The notes: generated from the letters alone by a model not told the origin. A stretch of DNA of 64,000 nt from Verrucomicrobiales bacterium (GCA_046075565.1 JBJTQJ010000104.1:1-64000); one strand, 5' to 3'. Shown: positions 19,850 through 29,938, numbered from the stretch's first letter. Numbers and translations: made by a program.

Positions 19850-20142
19850 AACCATCCGGTTCTCCTCCCGTGGATGAAGCGACTCTCGACCAAATGGCCC
19901 GGGCCGCGTTTGCGAAGGCGGATGCCGGCACGATTCCGCGCGAGCAATTGATCGGTTTCATGAAAAAGTATCCCCCGATCCTCTGGAAGGAGAAACCCGG
20001 TTCCGCCAAGCTGCTTCAGCAATGCGAAGGTGCCGCCAAGGATTGGATGGCTGCGGCCAAAGACAAAGGACTCTGGTCGGACAAGAGCAAGGAGGAATTC
20101 CTGCGCTTCTCCAATGGTATCGAAATCAATACCGAGGGGTGA
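19804..20142 (+). CDS. Helical hypothetical protein, or frameshifted C-terminal domain of the upstream hydrolase
   Basis: Protein-like reading (VDEATLDQMARAAFAKAD...) in the -1 frame overlapping the hydrolase 3' end; starts with a Pro-rich linker. Confidence 0.55.
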   Translation: MEKPRQGPPASRVPLKPSGSPPVDEATLDQMARAAFAKADAGTIPREQLIGFMKKYPPILWKEKPGSAKLLQQCEGAAKDWMAAAKDKGLWSDKSKEEFLRFSNGIEINTEG

Positions 20143-20179
20143 GATGACTGGACTCGGCCCCGTGATTCGGGAAAAATCT

Positions 20180-20267
20180 TGTAGCGGCGCGTCTATGACC
20201 GCCGGCAACTCTTCCCGGTGCAATGCGGCACCCAAGCAAAGTGCGACGGTCACAGACCGACGCTACA
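20180..20267. repeat. REP-like doublet, family A
   Basis: tgtagcggcgcgtctatgaccgccgg (25/26 identical to 4506-4531) and aaagtgcgacggtcacagaccgacgctaca (close match to 4423-4453), between convergent genes. Confidence 0.85.
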
Positions 20268-20296
20268 ATCTTTCAGACAGGCTGCCGCCCTGTGGC

Positions 20297-21811
20297 TTAC
20301 GGCTTCTTCGCGGCCGCCTCAAGCCGCGGTGAAGTGTGGTCGCCTTCGCGGATGGACTTGAGCAGGTCCTTGAGTTCTTTTGCTTTTTCGGGTTGTTTGT
20401 TCGCGAGATTTTTCCGCTGGCCGAGATCTTCCTTGAGATTGTAGAGGCCGACCGTCTCGTCCCCGTAGGCGGGTGTCTGGTGTTTGGTCATCCATGCGGG
20501 GGGTGGTTGGCGAGCGGCGCCGGTTTTGGCATCGATGAGCACCCAGTCGCCATGGCGGATGGCATAACTGTCTTTGAAGGTGTTATGCACCATGGTGGTG
20601 CGTGGCGGAGCCGGGGATTTTCCGCTGAGCCATGGGAAAAAGTCATGCGAGTCCTCTGCCGATGCTTCGGGCAAATCGAACTCAAGATAGCTGGCGAGGG
20701 TGGACATGAGATCCAACTGGGCAAAGAGCGCTTCTGTCACCGCGCCGTCTTTGGTTACCCCCGGCCATTTGAGGATGGTCGGCACGCGGTGCCCGCCCTC
20801 GTAGATGTCTCGTTTGAGGCCGCGCAGCGGGTTGGAGGACCAATGGTCGAACTTTTCATCGCGCGCGTAGGCGTAGGCTTCTGCGCCATTGTCGGCGGAG
20901 AAAAAGACGATCGTATTCCCGTCGAGTCCGGTGTCGCGCAAGGCCTGGAGGATTTGCCCGCAGGTGTCGTCGGTTTGCACGACGAAATCACCATAGGCTC
21001 CGGCCTTTGATTTGCCGTCAAACTCATCCGTCGGAATAATCGGCGCGTGGGGAGATGGCAGCGGGAAGTAGAGGAAAAAGGGTTCCTCCTTGCCCTTGCG
21101 GGAATGGATATACTCCACGCCTTTTTTCGTGAGCGTGGGTAGGATCTTGTAAAAGTCCCAATCGGATCGTCCCGGACCTTCGCGGCATTCCCAGCTTCCT
21201 TCCTTCGTAACCTGGGGAGTGGATTTGAAGGTGATGTCGGGAGGGGCGAGAAAACGTTCGTCTTCAATCCAGGTGTATGGCGGGAAATTGATCACATTGT
21301 CGCCGAAGTAGTGATCAAAACCGCGGGCCAATGGTCCGCCCTTGAACGGCTTGCTCCAGTCGAATGCATCGTGTTTTTTTGACTTTGCCGGTGCTCCCGG
21401 TTTGCGGATGGAGTCCCAGTCCCAACCGAGGTGCCATTTCCCAATGCAGGCGGTGGTATAACCCTTTGCCTTGAGCATGGCAGGCAGGGTGAGCTGTCCG
21501 GGTTTGAAAAATGGTTTGTCGAATCCTGAATCAATCCCGTAAAAGTCCCGCCAATGATGACGGCCGGTGAGCATGGCATAACGCGAGGGTGTGCAGACAC
21601 CGGAGGAACTATGAGCGTCGGTGAGCCGGAGGCCTTCGTTGGCGAGACGGTTAAGATGGGGCGTGGGGATCTTCGAATCCTTGTTGAAACAACCGAGATC
21701 GCCATAGCCAAGGTCGTCCGCATACAACAAAAGGATATTCAGCGGTTTGGACGGCTCCGCCGCCAGAATGGGAACGAGAAGGAGCGCGAGAATGATGGGA
21801 ATGCGTGTCAT
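20297..21811 (-). CDS. Arylsulfatase-family sulfatase (S1, Cys-type)
   Basis: Signal peptide, ADDLGYGD, CTPSRYAMLTG, GKWHLG, EGGHRVP. Confidence 0.95.
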   Translation of the reverse strand: MTRIPIILALLLVPILAAEPSKPLNILLLYADDLGYGDLGCFNKDSKIPTPHLNRLANEGLRLTDAHSSSGVCTPSRYAMLTGRHHWRDFYGIDSGFDKPFFKPGQLTLPAMLKAKGYTTACIGKWHLGWDWDSIRKPGAPAKSKKHDAFDWSKPFKGGPLARGFDHYFGDNVINFPPYTWIEDERFLAPPDITFKSTPQVTKEGSWECREGPGRSDWDFYKILPTLTKKGVEYIHSRKGKEEPFFLYFPLPSPHAPIIPTDEFDGKSKAGAYGDFVVQTDDTCGQILQALRDTGLDGNTIVFFSADNGAEAYAYARDEKFDHWSSNPLRGLKRDIYEGGHRVPTILKWPGVTKDGAVTEALFAQLDLMSTLASYLEFDLPEASAEDSHDFFPWLSGKSPAPPRTTMVHNTFKDSYAIRHGDWVLIDAKTGAARQPPPAWMTKHQTPAYGDETVGLYNLKEDLGQRKNLANKQPEKAKELKDLLKSIREGDHTSPRLEAAAKKP

Positions 21812-21996
21812 GGTTTCTTGATGGCTGGAAAGTCGGATTCCGCTAGGGCGACCCCGCGGGTCTATGTCTTGGCTAGGCTATCGTTTTGATCAACGCAGAG
21901 ACTCATCTCGTGTTTTTCCTTGTTCGGCGCGATTGAACCCGTGTGGTGAAGCAGGATGATGCTGCCGCTGAGACGAGGCACTTCATGGGCGCGGGC

Positions 21997-22830
21997 TCAG
22001 GGAGCTTGTTTGATTTCCGGTTTTGGTTCCTCCTTCTTTGGTCGCAGACGGAGCATGACCTTGCTGTCACGCTTTGGAAGATGGGTCGGGTCGATGGCCC
22101 ACATCAGCGACTCATTGTCCTGCCCGTAAAAGGCGGGCAGGCAAAGCACTTCATCCCCGAAGGCGGAAATGGAAATGACGTGACCGCTCAGTTCAGCCAT
22201 GTAGTCGCGCGGCGTTTTGCTCGGGTCACCGAGAAGCGAGCCGGCGAAAACGAAAGTGTTGGGAAATTTTTCCTTCTCCTCCTTTGCCGCATCTCCTTCC
22301 GCCACGGCCGGTCCCCCTTCGTCGCGGTTTCGTTTGATGAAATCCCCGATCGGTCGCTCGATCAATTTTCCCTCCGCATCTTTCCAAGCCAGGAAGACTT
22401 CAATGGGAGCGCCACGGGGAGGAATGTCCCTCCAACGAGTGCCTTGATCGTCGAGCGGTTCGCGCATGGCGGGGTTGCCGTTCTTGGCTCCGAGCAACAG
22501 GAGGGCGGCATGGATGTGAATGGGCCGGGCCGCAACCACGACGATGGATTCGTGTTCTTTGGTTTCCTTTGTGCAGGCGATAACCTCCAGCGCGCCTTCG
22601 TCGAGGCAAATGCTGGCTTCCACATCGACGAATTTTTCCACCGTGTTCACCACGAGGCCGGGGAGTTTGAACTCGGTCTGGGGAGCGTCTGCCGCCGGGG
22701 CTTGCGGGGCGGGCGCGTTTTCGGGGCTGGCAGGTGGGGTGGCCGCCGGCTGGGCGAAAGAGCTGGCTGCCAGCAAAGAGAGGATGCAGGCAGACTTGGT
22801 CAGCGTCGGAAAGGTAAAGGGGGAGGGCAT
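21997..22830 (-). CDS. Secreted YdjY-domain-like protein
   Basis: Signal peptide, Pro/Ala linker, LEVIAC..TKEHES, IHAALLLLG, FVFAGS, GHVISISAF. Confidence 0.7.
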   Translation of the reverse strand: MPSPFTFPTLTKSACILSLLAASSFAQPAATPPASPENAPAPQAPAADAPQTEFKLPGLVVNTVEKFVDVEASICLDEGALEVIACTKETKEHESIVVVAARPIHIHAALLLLGAKNGNPAMREPLDDQGTRWRDIPPRGAPIEVFLAWKDAEGKLIERPIGDFIKRNRDEGGPAVAEGDAAKEEKEKFPNTFVFAGSLLGDPSKTPRDYMAELSGHVISISAFGDEVLCLPAFYGQDNESLMWAIDPTHLPKRDSKVMLRLRPKKEEPKPEIKQAP

Positions 22831-23014
22831 GAAAAAATGAAGTTGGATTTGCGGACGTTTCGTGGCCAGTCACGGAGAATCCGATGGACCAGACAGCAGC
22901 CATGGTACGGTGACGGCAAGTCGGCATTTTTCACCCTAAAATACGACAAAAATGAACAGGGCATCCGGAGAGAGTCCGGATGCCCTGTTGCGGGTCAAAG
23001 TTGTCTTCAGCTGG

Positions 23015-23641
23015 TCAGTTGCCGCCTTCGGTCGGAGCGGCCGGGGGTGCTGCAGGAGGAGCATTTTTCAATTCTGCCGGAGCATCCGCGTTGAGTTTTT
23101 CCAGGATGGACGGGGTGAAGTCAACGGCGTCCTTCGAGAAAAGAAGGAAGGGAGTGCCGCCCATTCCGATGGCCGACTTGTCGAAAACGAGGTCGTAACC
23201 ATCTTTCTTCGAGATTTCATCGACGACCACTTTCACCTCGTCGCGGATACCGCGGAAGGTGCGCTCGAGTTCGAGCATGAGTTGGCGTTCCTTTTGTTTG
23301 GCGACTTGGTCGAGGTCGCGGGCAAGAGCGTTGGCTTCACGGCCCTTGGTCTCGAATTCCTGCATTTTCAGGCGGCGGAACTCGGCGGTGGTGGATTCGT
23401 CGCGAATGAGCTTTTGCAGATCTTCCGCTTCGCGGGTCAGGTCGCGCAGCTTGGCCCGGCGCACATCAAGGTCTTTCTTGATGTCGTCGCGGCGTTGGCT
23501 CAGTTCAACCTGGGCTTGCTTGGATTTGTAGTAGCCTTGGAGGACATCCTGCATGTTGACGATGCCGACTTTCAGAGCTTGGGCTTGGGCTATGCTCGCG
23601 CTGAGGGCGAGGATGGCGATGGTTTTGACGATGTTTTTCAT
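23015..23641 (-). CDS. skp: OmpH/Skp periplasmic chaperone
   Basis: LKVGIVNMQ, coiled coil, GYDLVFDKS, DFTPSIL; directly downstream of bamA. Confidence 0.9.
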   Translation of the reverse strand: MKNIVKTIAILALSASIAQAQALKVGIVNMQDVLQGYYKSKQAQVELSQRRDDIKKDLDVRRAKLRDLTREAEDLQKLIRDESTTAEFRRLKMQEFETKGREANALARDLDQVAKQKERQLMLELERTFRGIRDEVKVVVDEISKKDGYDLVFDKSAIGMGGTPFLLFSKDAVDFTPSILEKLNADAPAELKNAPPAAPPAAPTEGGN

Positions 23642-23696
23642 GGAATGGTTGGGAAGGATCGGTGGACTTCAAGCGGTCACCCGCGGGAGGTTTGAC

Positions 23697-26006
23697 TCAG
23701 AACTTATAGCCGACGTTGAATTGGAATTTGCCGCCACTGTCATTGAACTCGTCGGACTGGACGGGAATACCGAAGTCGACGGCGAGGGGGCCGAAGGGCA
23801 GGAAGAGGCGAAGGCCGACACCGACGTTGGAATTGATGTCGCCACCGAAGTCGAAGGAGTCGGTTCCAACCGCACCGACATCGTAGAAGACGGCTCCGCG
23901 CACGCTTTCAATGATGGGGAAGGTGACTTCGGCGGAGAAGAAGACCGAGGTCTGGCCACCGAGCGGTTCGCCATTTTCATCTTTCGGACCGACGTCGCGG
24001 TAGTCGAAGCCGCGCAGGGTATTCGCACCCCCAAGGAAGAGGCGCTGGAAGATGGGCACATCGTCGCCTTCCACGGTGGCAACGCGGCCTTGCAGGCTGA
24101 GGATGAGGTCGGCCGGGAGTTGGAAGAAGTGCACGCCGCCGATTTCGCCGCCGATGGCTTCGACATCGCCGAAGGAACCGAAGACGGAGGCTTCGTAACG
24201 ACCGCCGCGGCGGGCGACGAGGATGTCGTCGCGGGAATCGTGAACCACGGAAACTTCAACCTTGTGCTGGAGGTAATCTCCCTCTTCGGACTTGATCGCT
24301 TCCGAGGCATTGGGGTCGATTTCGTGGATGGTCACCTGTTGGGCGGTGTATTCGGCTTGGGCGTAGGTGAAGTCGGTGATGGGGCGACGAAGGCGCAGCG
24401 AACCACCGATGTTCCGTTGTTCATAGGCGTCGTTCGGGGAAACGAATCCGAGGTCACGGTAGAAGATGTCACCGCCGAGGGCGAGGCGCTGGTCGAGGAA
24501 GTAGGGCTCTTCCAAACCGATGGAAATGTCTTTCCGCTCGGTGCCGACGCGGATACCGGCGTTGAACTTCTGGCCACCACCTTGGAAGGTCGGCCAATCG
24601 GTGATGTCGAAGTTCGTTTGGGTGACATTGATGTAACCCACGAGGCTGTCGATCGAGCTGAAGCCGGCGCCGATGACGAGCGAGCCGGTATTCTGCTCAA
24701 CCACCGAGATATTCACGTCGCGATAGCCTGGCTCGAGAGCGTCAGAGGGAAGGGCATCGACTTGCGAGAAGTAGCCGGTGTTGCGGAGACGTTTGCGGGA
24801 TGTCTCGAGTTCAACGGTATTGAAAACATCACCGGGGGAGAGGGTCACTTCACGGCGCGCCACCTTGTCTTTTGTTTTCACGTTGCCGGTGATGTTCACT
24901 TTGCCGACAAAGAATTTCGGGCCTTCGGTGACGGCATAAACCACATCAACCGCGTTGGCTCCGGCAGGATTGAGGCGGGTGTCGACGCGGGCGTCGGCAT
25001 AACCTTGCGAGCCGTAGTAATCGCGGATGAGTTTTTCGTCCTCGGCGACGCTGGTGCCGGAGTAGGGTTGGTCACCTTTGAGAAGGATTTCCGGCATGAG
25101 GTCTTCCGGTTGGAAGAGGCTCATTCCGGTGATACCGACGGAATTGACCGTGAAGACCGGGCCTTCATTGACCACAAAAACCAGGTCCACACTCTTGTCG
25201 TTCACCCGATCCCGGCGGACGTCGGTGACTTCGGCTTTCATGTGGCCTTTGTCCTGAAGCACGCGGGCGACCTTGAGCTTGTCGCTCTCGAGTTTGATGG
25301 AATCGATTTTGCCGCTGCCGGTGACCCAACTCAGCCAGTTACGCTCTTTGGTTTCAAGCTTGCGGCGGATTTCCCCTGGTTTGGCGGAAGTCACGCCTTC
25401 GAAGTTGATGTCGCGGACCCAGCTCTTGGCCCCTTCGTTGATGGTGTAGACCACATCCTGGAAGCCGGCGCGATCTGTTTTAGCGACGCGGTAGGATACA
25501 TCAACATCGGAAAAGCCTCGACCCGCATAGAGTTTCTCGATTTCCTGTTTGCCCTCGAGCAGTTTCACCTCGCTCACGGTGTCTCCGACGGCGAGCGGAA
25601 CTTTTTCGGCGAGTTTGCGGGTGTCGAGCACGGAATTGCCTTCGAAGCGGAGGGAGGCAAGGGCGGCGCGGGTTTCCACGACGTAGATGACCCGGAGCCC
25701 GCCTTTGAAAGGCTCGGTGAGCACACGGGCGTTGTCGATTTCACCACTGCCGATGAGGGCGCGGATGTCGGCGTCAGTCGTGTCGATGGAGAAATTCTGG
25801 CCCACTCGGGTGGCGAGCATGCCTTCGATGCGGGCGCGGTCGATGGTTTGCGGACCGGCGTAGCGGATATCAATGGCGGTCACCTTTTGCACTGCTTCCG
25901 CGGCGGCGGGAAGCCCGGCATCCTGCGCGACGAGCGGCATGGGGGTGAGACTGGCCGAGGCCAGAATGAGGGTTGCGAGGAGACGGGGCGCGGTGCGGCG
26001 GTTCAT
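23697..26006 (-). CDS. bamA: Outer membrane protein assembly factor BamA
   Basis: POTRA repeats, LGGANTLRGF, GPLAVDFGIP, C-terminal FQFNVGYKF. Confidence 0.96.
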   Translation of the reverse strand: MNRRTAPRLLATLILASASLTPMPLVAQDAGLPAAAEAVQKVTAIDIRYAGPQTIDRARIEGMLATRVGQNFSIDTTDADIRALIGSGEIDNARVLTEPFKGGLRVIYVVETRAALASLRFEGNSVLDTRKLAEKVPLAVGDTVSEVKLLEGKQEIEKLYAGRGFSDVDVSYRVAKTDRAGFQDVVYTINEGAKSWVRDINFEGVTSAKPGEIRRKLETKERNWLSWVTGSGKIDSIKLESDKLKVARVLQDKGHMKAEVTDVRRDRVNDKSVDLVFVVNEGPVFTVNSVGITGMSLFQPEDLMPEILLKGDQPYSGTSVAEDEKLIRDYYGSQGYADARVDTRLNPAGANAVDVVYAVTEGPKFFVGKVNITGNVKTKDKVARREVTLSPGDVFNTVELETSRKRLRNTGYFSQVDALPSDALEPGYRDVNISVVEQNTGSLVIGAGFSSIDSLVGYINVTQTNFDITDWPTFQGGGQKFNAGIRVGTERKDISIGLEEPYFLDQRLALGGDIFYRDLGFVSPNDAYEQRNIGGSLRLRRPITDFTYAQAEYTAQQVTIHEIDPNASEAIKSEEGDYLQHKVEVSVVHDSRDDILVARRGGRYEASVFGSFGDVEAIGGEIGGVHFFQLPADLILSLQGRVATVEGDDVPIFQRLFLGGANTLRGFDYRDVGPKDENGEPLGGQTSVFFSAEVTFPIIESVRGAVFYDVGAVGTDSFDFGGDINSNVGVGLRLFLPFGPLAVDFGIPVQSDEFNDSGGKFQFNVGYKF

Positions 26007-26105
26007 ATGTGTGGCGGTCGCTGGCTATAGTTGGGAGTTGAGAGAAACTCCACCGATAATTAGGCCCATGGAGAGGGGGATGGTCAAGGGGAAAGGCGGT
26101 CCCCC

Positions 26106-26612
26106 TCAAAGTCTGGTGGAAGAGGGGGGGAGTTGGCGTTTCGGGTCGTGGTCTTGCAGATGGGCGAGGGCCACGCCAAGGGCGTCCGCGGCGTCCGGCA
26201 ATGGGGTCTCGTCGAGGCCGAAGCGGGCCCGGACCATGAAGGCGACCTGTTGTTTGTCGGCGGCCCCGCGCCCGACCACGGCCTGTTTCACCCGTTTGGG
26301 CGGGTATTCAAAGACCGTCAAACCGGCCAAAGTGGCGGCCAAAATGGCCGAGGCCCGCGCCGCGCCGAGCGTGATGGCTGTTCGGTACGATTGCACGTAA
26401 ATCACCGATTCGACGGCACAGGCATCGGGCTGATGGCGACGGATGATGTCCGCGATGCACTCGTGGTTGCGGGCCAGGCACTCGGTCTGGCGCAGGCGAG
26501 GCGGGTTTTCGATGACCCCAAATTCGAGGACCTTGAGGGCTTCGCCGTCGCGCGCCACCACGCCGTAACCAGTGCGGCGCAAGGCCGGGTCGATGCCAAG
26601 AATGATTTCCAC
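26106..26612 (-). CDS. ruvC: Holliday junction resolvase
   Basis: ILGIDPALRRTGYGVV, AVESVIY, VKQAVVGRGAADKQQV, DAADALGVA; GTG start assumed. Confidence 0.95.
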   Translation of the reverse strand: MEIILGIDPALRRTGYGVVARDGEALKVLEFGVIENPPRLRQTECLARNHECIADIIRRHQPDACAVESVIYVQSYRTAITLGAARASAILAATLAGLTVFEYPPKRVKQAVVGRGAADKQQVAFMVRARFGLDETPLPDAADALGVALAHLQDHDPKRQLPPSSTRL

Positions 26613-26699
26613 ACCGGAGTTTGGCCCAATCCGGAAGATTGCCAAGTCGGGACCCGTGAAATTTTGGACAGGGGGGATGGTTTCGCCTATCTATGGGGA

Positions 26700-26987
26700 C
26701 TGTCCCGGCCGCCTCAGCTTTCCTTTCTCACTCTCACCCTCGGCTTGAGCCGGGTGGTTCTCCAAACCCGTGCACTGAGGCGGAAGATGCTATTCTCTCT
26801 GACCCTCGGATTGCTGGGAGCGGTCGCCCTCGGATGGTTTCTGTTGGGGAGGATGGAATCCCACCCGCTCATTTTCCTTCTCTATTGGAGCGCGATCGGC
26901 TTTTTCACCCTAGGGGTCTTTCTGCTCGCTTTCTACGATTTGCTGGCCGTGCGCCGGGAGCTGAAATCCGAGAAAAATGACCGTTAG
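26700..26987 (+). CDS. Small two-TM membrane protein
   Basis: Two hydrophobic helices ending LLAFYDLLAVRRE; start uncertain (first in-frame ATG at 26787). Confidence 0.65.
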   Translation: MSRPPQLSFLTLTLGLSRVVLQTRALRRKMLFSLTLGLLGAVALGWFLLGRMESHPLIFLLYWSAIGFFTLGVFLLAFYDLLAVRRELKSEKNDR

Positions 26988-27018
26988 TTGGCGCGGGGTT
27001 GCCGCGTATTGAGGGGCC

Positions 27019-28194
27019 ATGAATCACGCTATTTTGTCTCCTTGTGCCGCCATGGTCGCTGTTCTCGCCTTTGCGCCCCACGTAGCGGCCGACTTCCGCC
27101 TGGAAAAAGTTGCAAGCGGGTTTCAGAAACCAATCTGGGTTGGTGCGCCCGCTGGTGCCAAGAAACACCTTGCCGTCGCCGAACAAACCGGGCGCATCTG
27201 GCTCGTCGAGCGCGCCACCGGTGAAAAGCTCCCCGAACCATTCCTCGACCTCAATGGCACCGCCGTGCGCAAGGACAACGAACAGGGTCTGCTCGGACTC
27301 GCTTTCCCGAAGGACTTTTTCCAATCGGGAAGATTTTATGTCAATTACACGGACCAGAAAGGCGACACCCACATCAGCCGCTTCACGGTCTCGCCGGATA
27401 ACCGGTTGAAGTGTGATCCCGCCACCGAGGAAAAACTGCTCTTCATCGATCAGCCCTACGGCAACCACAACGGCGGGTGGATCGATATCGGACCGGATGG
27501 CATGCTCTATGTCGGCACGGGCGACGGCGGCGCGGCCAACGATCCCCCCGACAATGGGCAGAAGCTCGGTTCGCATCTCGGGAAGATCCTCCGCCTCGAT
27601 GTTTCACCCGCCAAGGGCTACAAGATTCCCTCCGACAACCCATATGCGGGGAAAGACGAGGCCAAGCCGGAAATCTGGATGTGGGGGCTGCGTAATCCGT
27701 GGCGTTGCTCCTTTGATCGGAAGACCAACGATCTCTGGATCGGGGATGTCGGCCAGAACAAAATCGAGGAAGTGAATTTCGTGCCGTCCGGAAAAGGCGC
27801 GGGTTGGAATTTCGGTTGGCGTCCGCGGGAAGGATCCATCGAGACCCCCACGGGCAATATCGGCGGTGACAAGCCAAAGGACGCTGTTGATCCCATCTGG
27901 GAATACCCGCATGAGAGCGGACCGAATGGGGGATTCTCGGTGACAGGGGGATACGTCTATCGGGGGCCCGTCGCGGAAATCCAGGGGCAATACTTCGTGG
28001 CTGATTACCAATTGCCGCGCCTATGGAGCTTTGTTCAAAGCAATGGCCGCGCGGGCAAGGTGACGCAATGGCACGGCAAACTCAAGGATGCCGGCATCAA
28101 AATGATCTCCTCCTTTGGCGAGGATGCCGATGGCAATCTCCTCCTTGCCGATCACGCCACCGGCAACATCTTCATGTTCGCCGAGAAAAAGTGA
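27019..28194 (+). CDS. PQQ-dependent sugar dehydrogenase (GSDH family)
   Basis: EQGLLGLAF, NHNGG, YVGTGDGG, GLRNPWRCSFD, SVTGGYVYRG, ISSFGEDADG. Confidence 0.92.
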   Translation: MNHAILSPCAAMVAVLAFAPHVAADFRLEKVASGFQKPIWVGAPAGAKKHLAVAEQTGRIWLVERATGEKLPEPFLDLNGTAVRKDNEQGLLGLAFPKDFFQSGRFYVNYTDQKGDTHISRFTVSPDNRLKCDPATEEKLLFIDQPYGNHNGGWIDIGPDGMLYVGTGDGGAANDPPDNGQKLGSHLGKILRLDVSPAKGYKIPSDNPYAGKDEAKPEIWMWGLRNPWRCSFDRKTNDLWIGDVGQNKIEEVNFVPSGKGAGWNFGWRPREGSIETPTGNIGGDKPKDAVDPIWEYPHESGPNGGFSVTGGYVYRGPVAEIQGQYFVADYQLPRLWSFVQSNGRAGKVTQWHGKLKDAGIKMISSFGEDADGNLLLADHATGNIFMFAEKK

Positions 28195-28200
28195 GGTTTT

Positions 28201-28980
28201 TTAAAGCGAGGTTGGCAGAACGAAGTCGAAAGGAATTTCCTGATCCGCCATGTTCTGGTGGATGTCGAACTCGATGGTGAGATCCTTCGCCTCGCCTTTT
28301 ATTTCGAAGGACCAGGACTCTGAGTAACCGCCAAAACCGGACATCCATGAGCGACCGCCTTGCTGGCTTTCGATCACGGTGCCATCGGGGCGAAGAAATC
28401 GGACCGCCTTGATCGCCGCCATCGACTTGGTGGATTCGATGCGGAAATCCGTTTCCCCCTCCTTTTCCTTCAGGCCCTCCACTTTCAATTCAAAATCCCC
28501 GGCCTTCAATTTTGCGTTTTCAGCGAGGCTCACGTTGTCGATCTTTTCCGTCTTTACACCTTTGGCCGAAACGACAGTGAGGACGCCGCTCATTTTTAAT
28601 CTTCCCGAACCCGGATCCTCCGGCAGTTGAAACTCCACCGAGTGCGCGGCCACCTTCCCGTCCTTCGCTGCCTTCGGGAATTTTCCGAATTCGGCTTTCA
28701 ACTTCAACGGCTGGCCCGAGCCCGCGTCCACGATCTCGGTGATCTTGCATTTCTTGTCTTTGATGGTGACGATGGAGGCTTCGGCATCCGGCCACACGAG
28801 AAAGATGGCCTTCACTTCCGCACCCTGGTCGGGATGCTGGCCAAAGACGATATCCTCCGCCTCCGGTGGAAGTGCGGTCTTGGTTTCCACGCCGATTAGT
28901 TTCACGGGACCTGCATGTGCCGCGGGTACGGAAATCAGAACGACGGCAACCAGAGAGAAAAGAGGAGAGCTGAGCTTCAT
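28201..28980 (-). CDS. Secreted hypothetical beta-rich protein
   Basis: Signal peptide MKLSSPLFSL...AAHA; natural composition; fills the gap between flanking genes. Confidence 0.75.
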   Translation of the reverse strand: MKLSSPLFSLVAVVLISVPAAHAGPVKLIGVETKTALPPEAEDIVFGQHPDQGAEVKAIFLVWPDAEASIVTIKDKKCKITEIVDAGSGQPLKLKAEFGKFPKAAKDGKVAAHSVEFQLPEDPGSGRLKMSGVLTVVSAKGVKTEKIDNVSLAENAKLKAGDFELKVEGLKEKEGETDFRIESTKSMAAIKAVRFLRPDGTVIESQQGGRSWMSGFGGYSESWSFEIKGEAKDLTIEFDIHQNMADQEIPFDFVLPTSL

Positions 28981-29112
28981 GACAAGTCTTTCTATAGCGG
29001 CAGAAACCCCCCGGCACAAGCGAGAATTCCTCGCCTTCGATGGCGGTTCGATTGGCGCAGGACATCTCCATGCGCATCCGCCGATCTGCCCGCGGGCGTA
29101 ATTGGTTGGCTC

Positions 29113-29805
29113 ATGGATACCAAACCAGTCATTCTTGTCGTTGGAGCCGCCCACGGCATCGGCGCGGCCGTCGCCCGCAAACTCCGCGCCTCCGGGCACG
29201 AGGTGCTCGCCACTTCGCGTAATCCCGATGGAAATGAAACGACTCTCTCCTTCGATGCCACTGATTCTTCGCCATCCCTCGTGTTGCCGGACAAACTCGA
29301 CGGCATTGTCTATTGTCCCGGCACGGTGAACTTGAAACCTTTCCACCGCTTGACCAGCGCGGAGATTCAGAACGATCTTGAAGTGAATACTCTCGGAGCC
29401 GTGCGGTTGCTCCAGCTCGCGCTTCCGGCTTTGAAAAAATCGGATCGTGCCTCGGTGGTTTTGTTCAGCACCATCGCGGTGGGAACCGGTCTGCCCATGC
29501 ACGCATCCATCGCCATGGCCAAAGGTGCCATCGAGGGGCTGGCCCGCTCGCTCGCCGCCGAATGGGCACCGAAGATCCGGGTCAATGTCATCGCGCCATC
29601 GCTCACCGACACACCGCTGGTCGCGCCGCTTGTTTCGACGCCCGAGAAAAAGGAAGCATCATCCGCCCGCCATCCCCTCAAACGAATCGGGGATGCCGAC
29701 GAAACCGCAGCCTGGGTCGAACATTTGTTGGGTCCGGCCTCCGGCTTCATGACCGGGCAGGTCATCCGCCTCGATGGTGGGATGTCGAGCGTGCGGACGC
29801 TGTGA
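29113..29805 (+). CDS. SDR family oxidoreductase
   Basis: GAAHGIG, IRVNVIAPSLTDT, MTGQVIRLDGG; catalytic position reads SIAMAK rather than YxxxK. Confidence 0.9.
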   Translation: MDTKPVILVVGAAHGIGAAVARKLRASGHEVLATSRNPDGNETTLSFDATDSSPSLVLPDKLDGIVYCPGTVNLKPFHRLTSAEIQNDLEVNTLGAVRLLQLALPALKKSDRASVVLFSTIAVGTGLPMHASIAMAKGAIEGLARSLAAEWAPKIRVNVIAPSLTDTPLVAPLVSTPEKKEASSARHPLKRIGDADETAAWVEHLLGPASGFMTGQVIRLDGGMSSVRTL

Positions 29806-29859
29806 TCCGGGAATGCCTGAGGCGGGATTTGTCTTGTATTGCCGGGCGCAATCCTTTAC

Positions 29860-29893
29860 AAAAAACCCCGGCCGGGAAGACCCGACCGGGGTT
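29860..29893 (-). terminator. Rho-independent terminator of ppdK
   Basis: Minus strand aaccccggtcggg-tctt-cccggccggggtt followed by T tract. Confidence 0.8.
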
Positions 29894-29938
29894 GCATTTG
29901 TCCGTTAAACCGCCGTAGCGGTGGTCACGGTCCGATGG

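Noticed and set aside
23553-26030. 825-aa plus-strand ORF
   Set aside because: Antisense shadow of bamA
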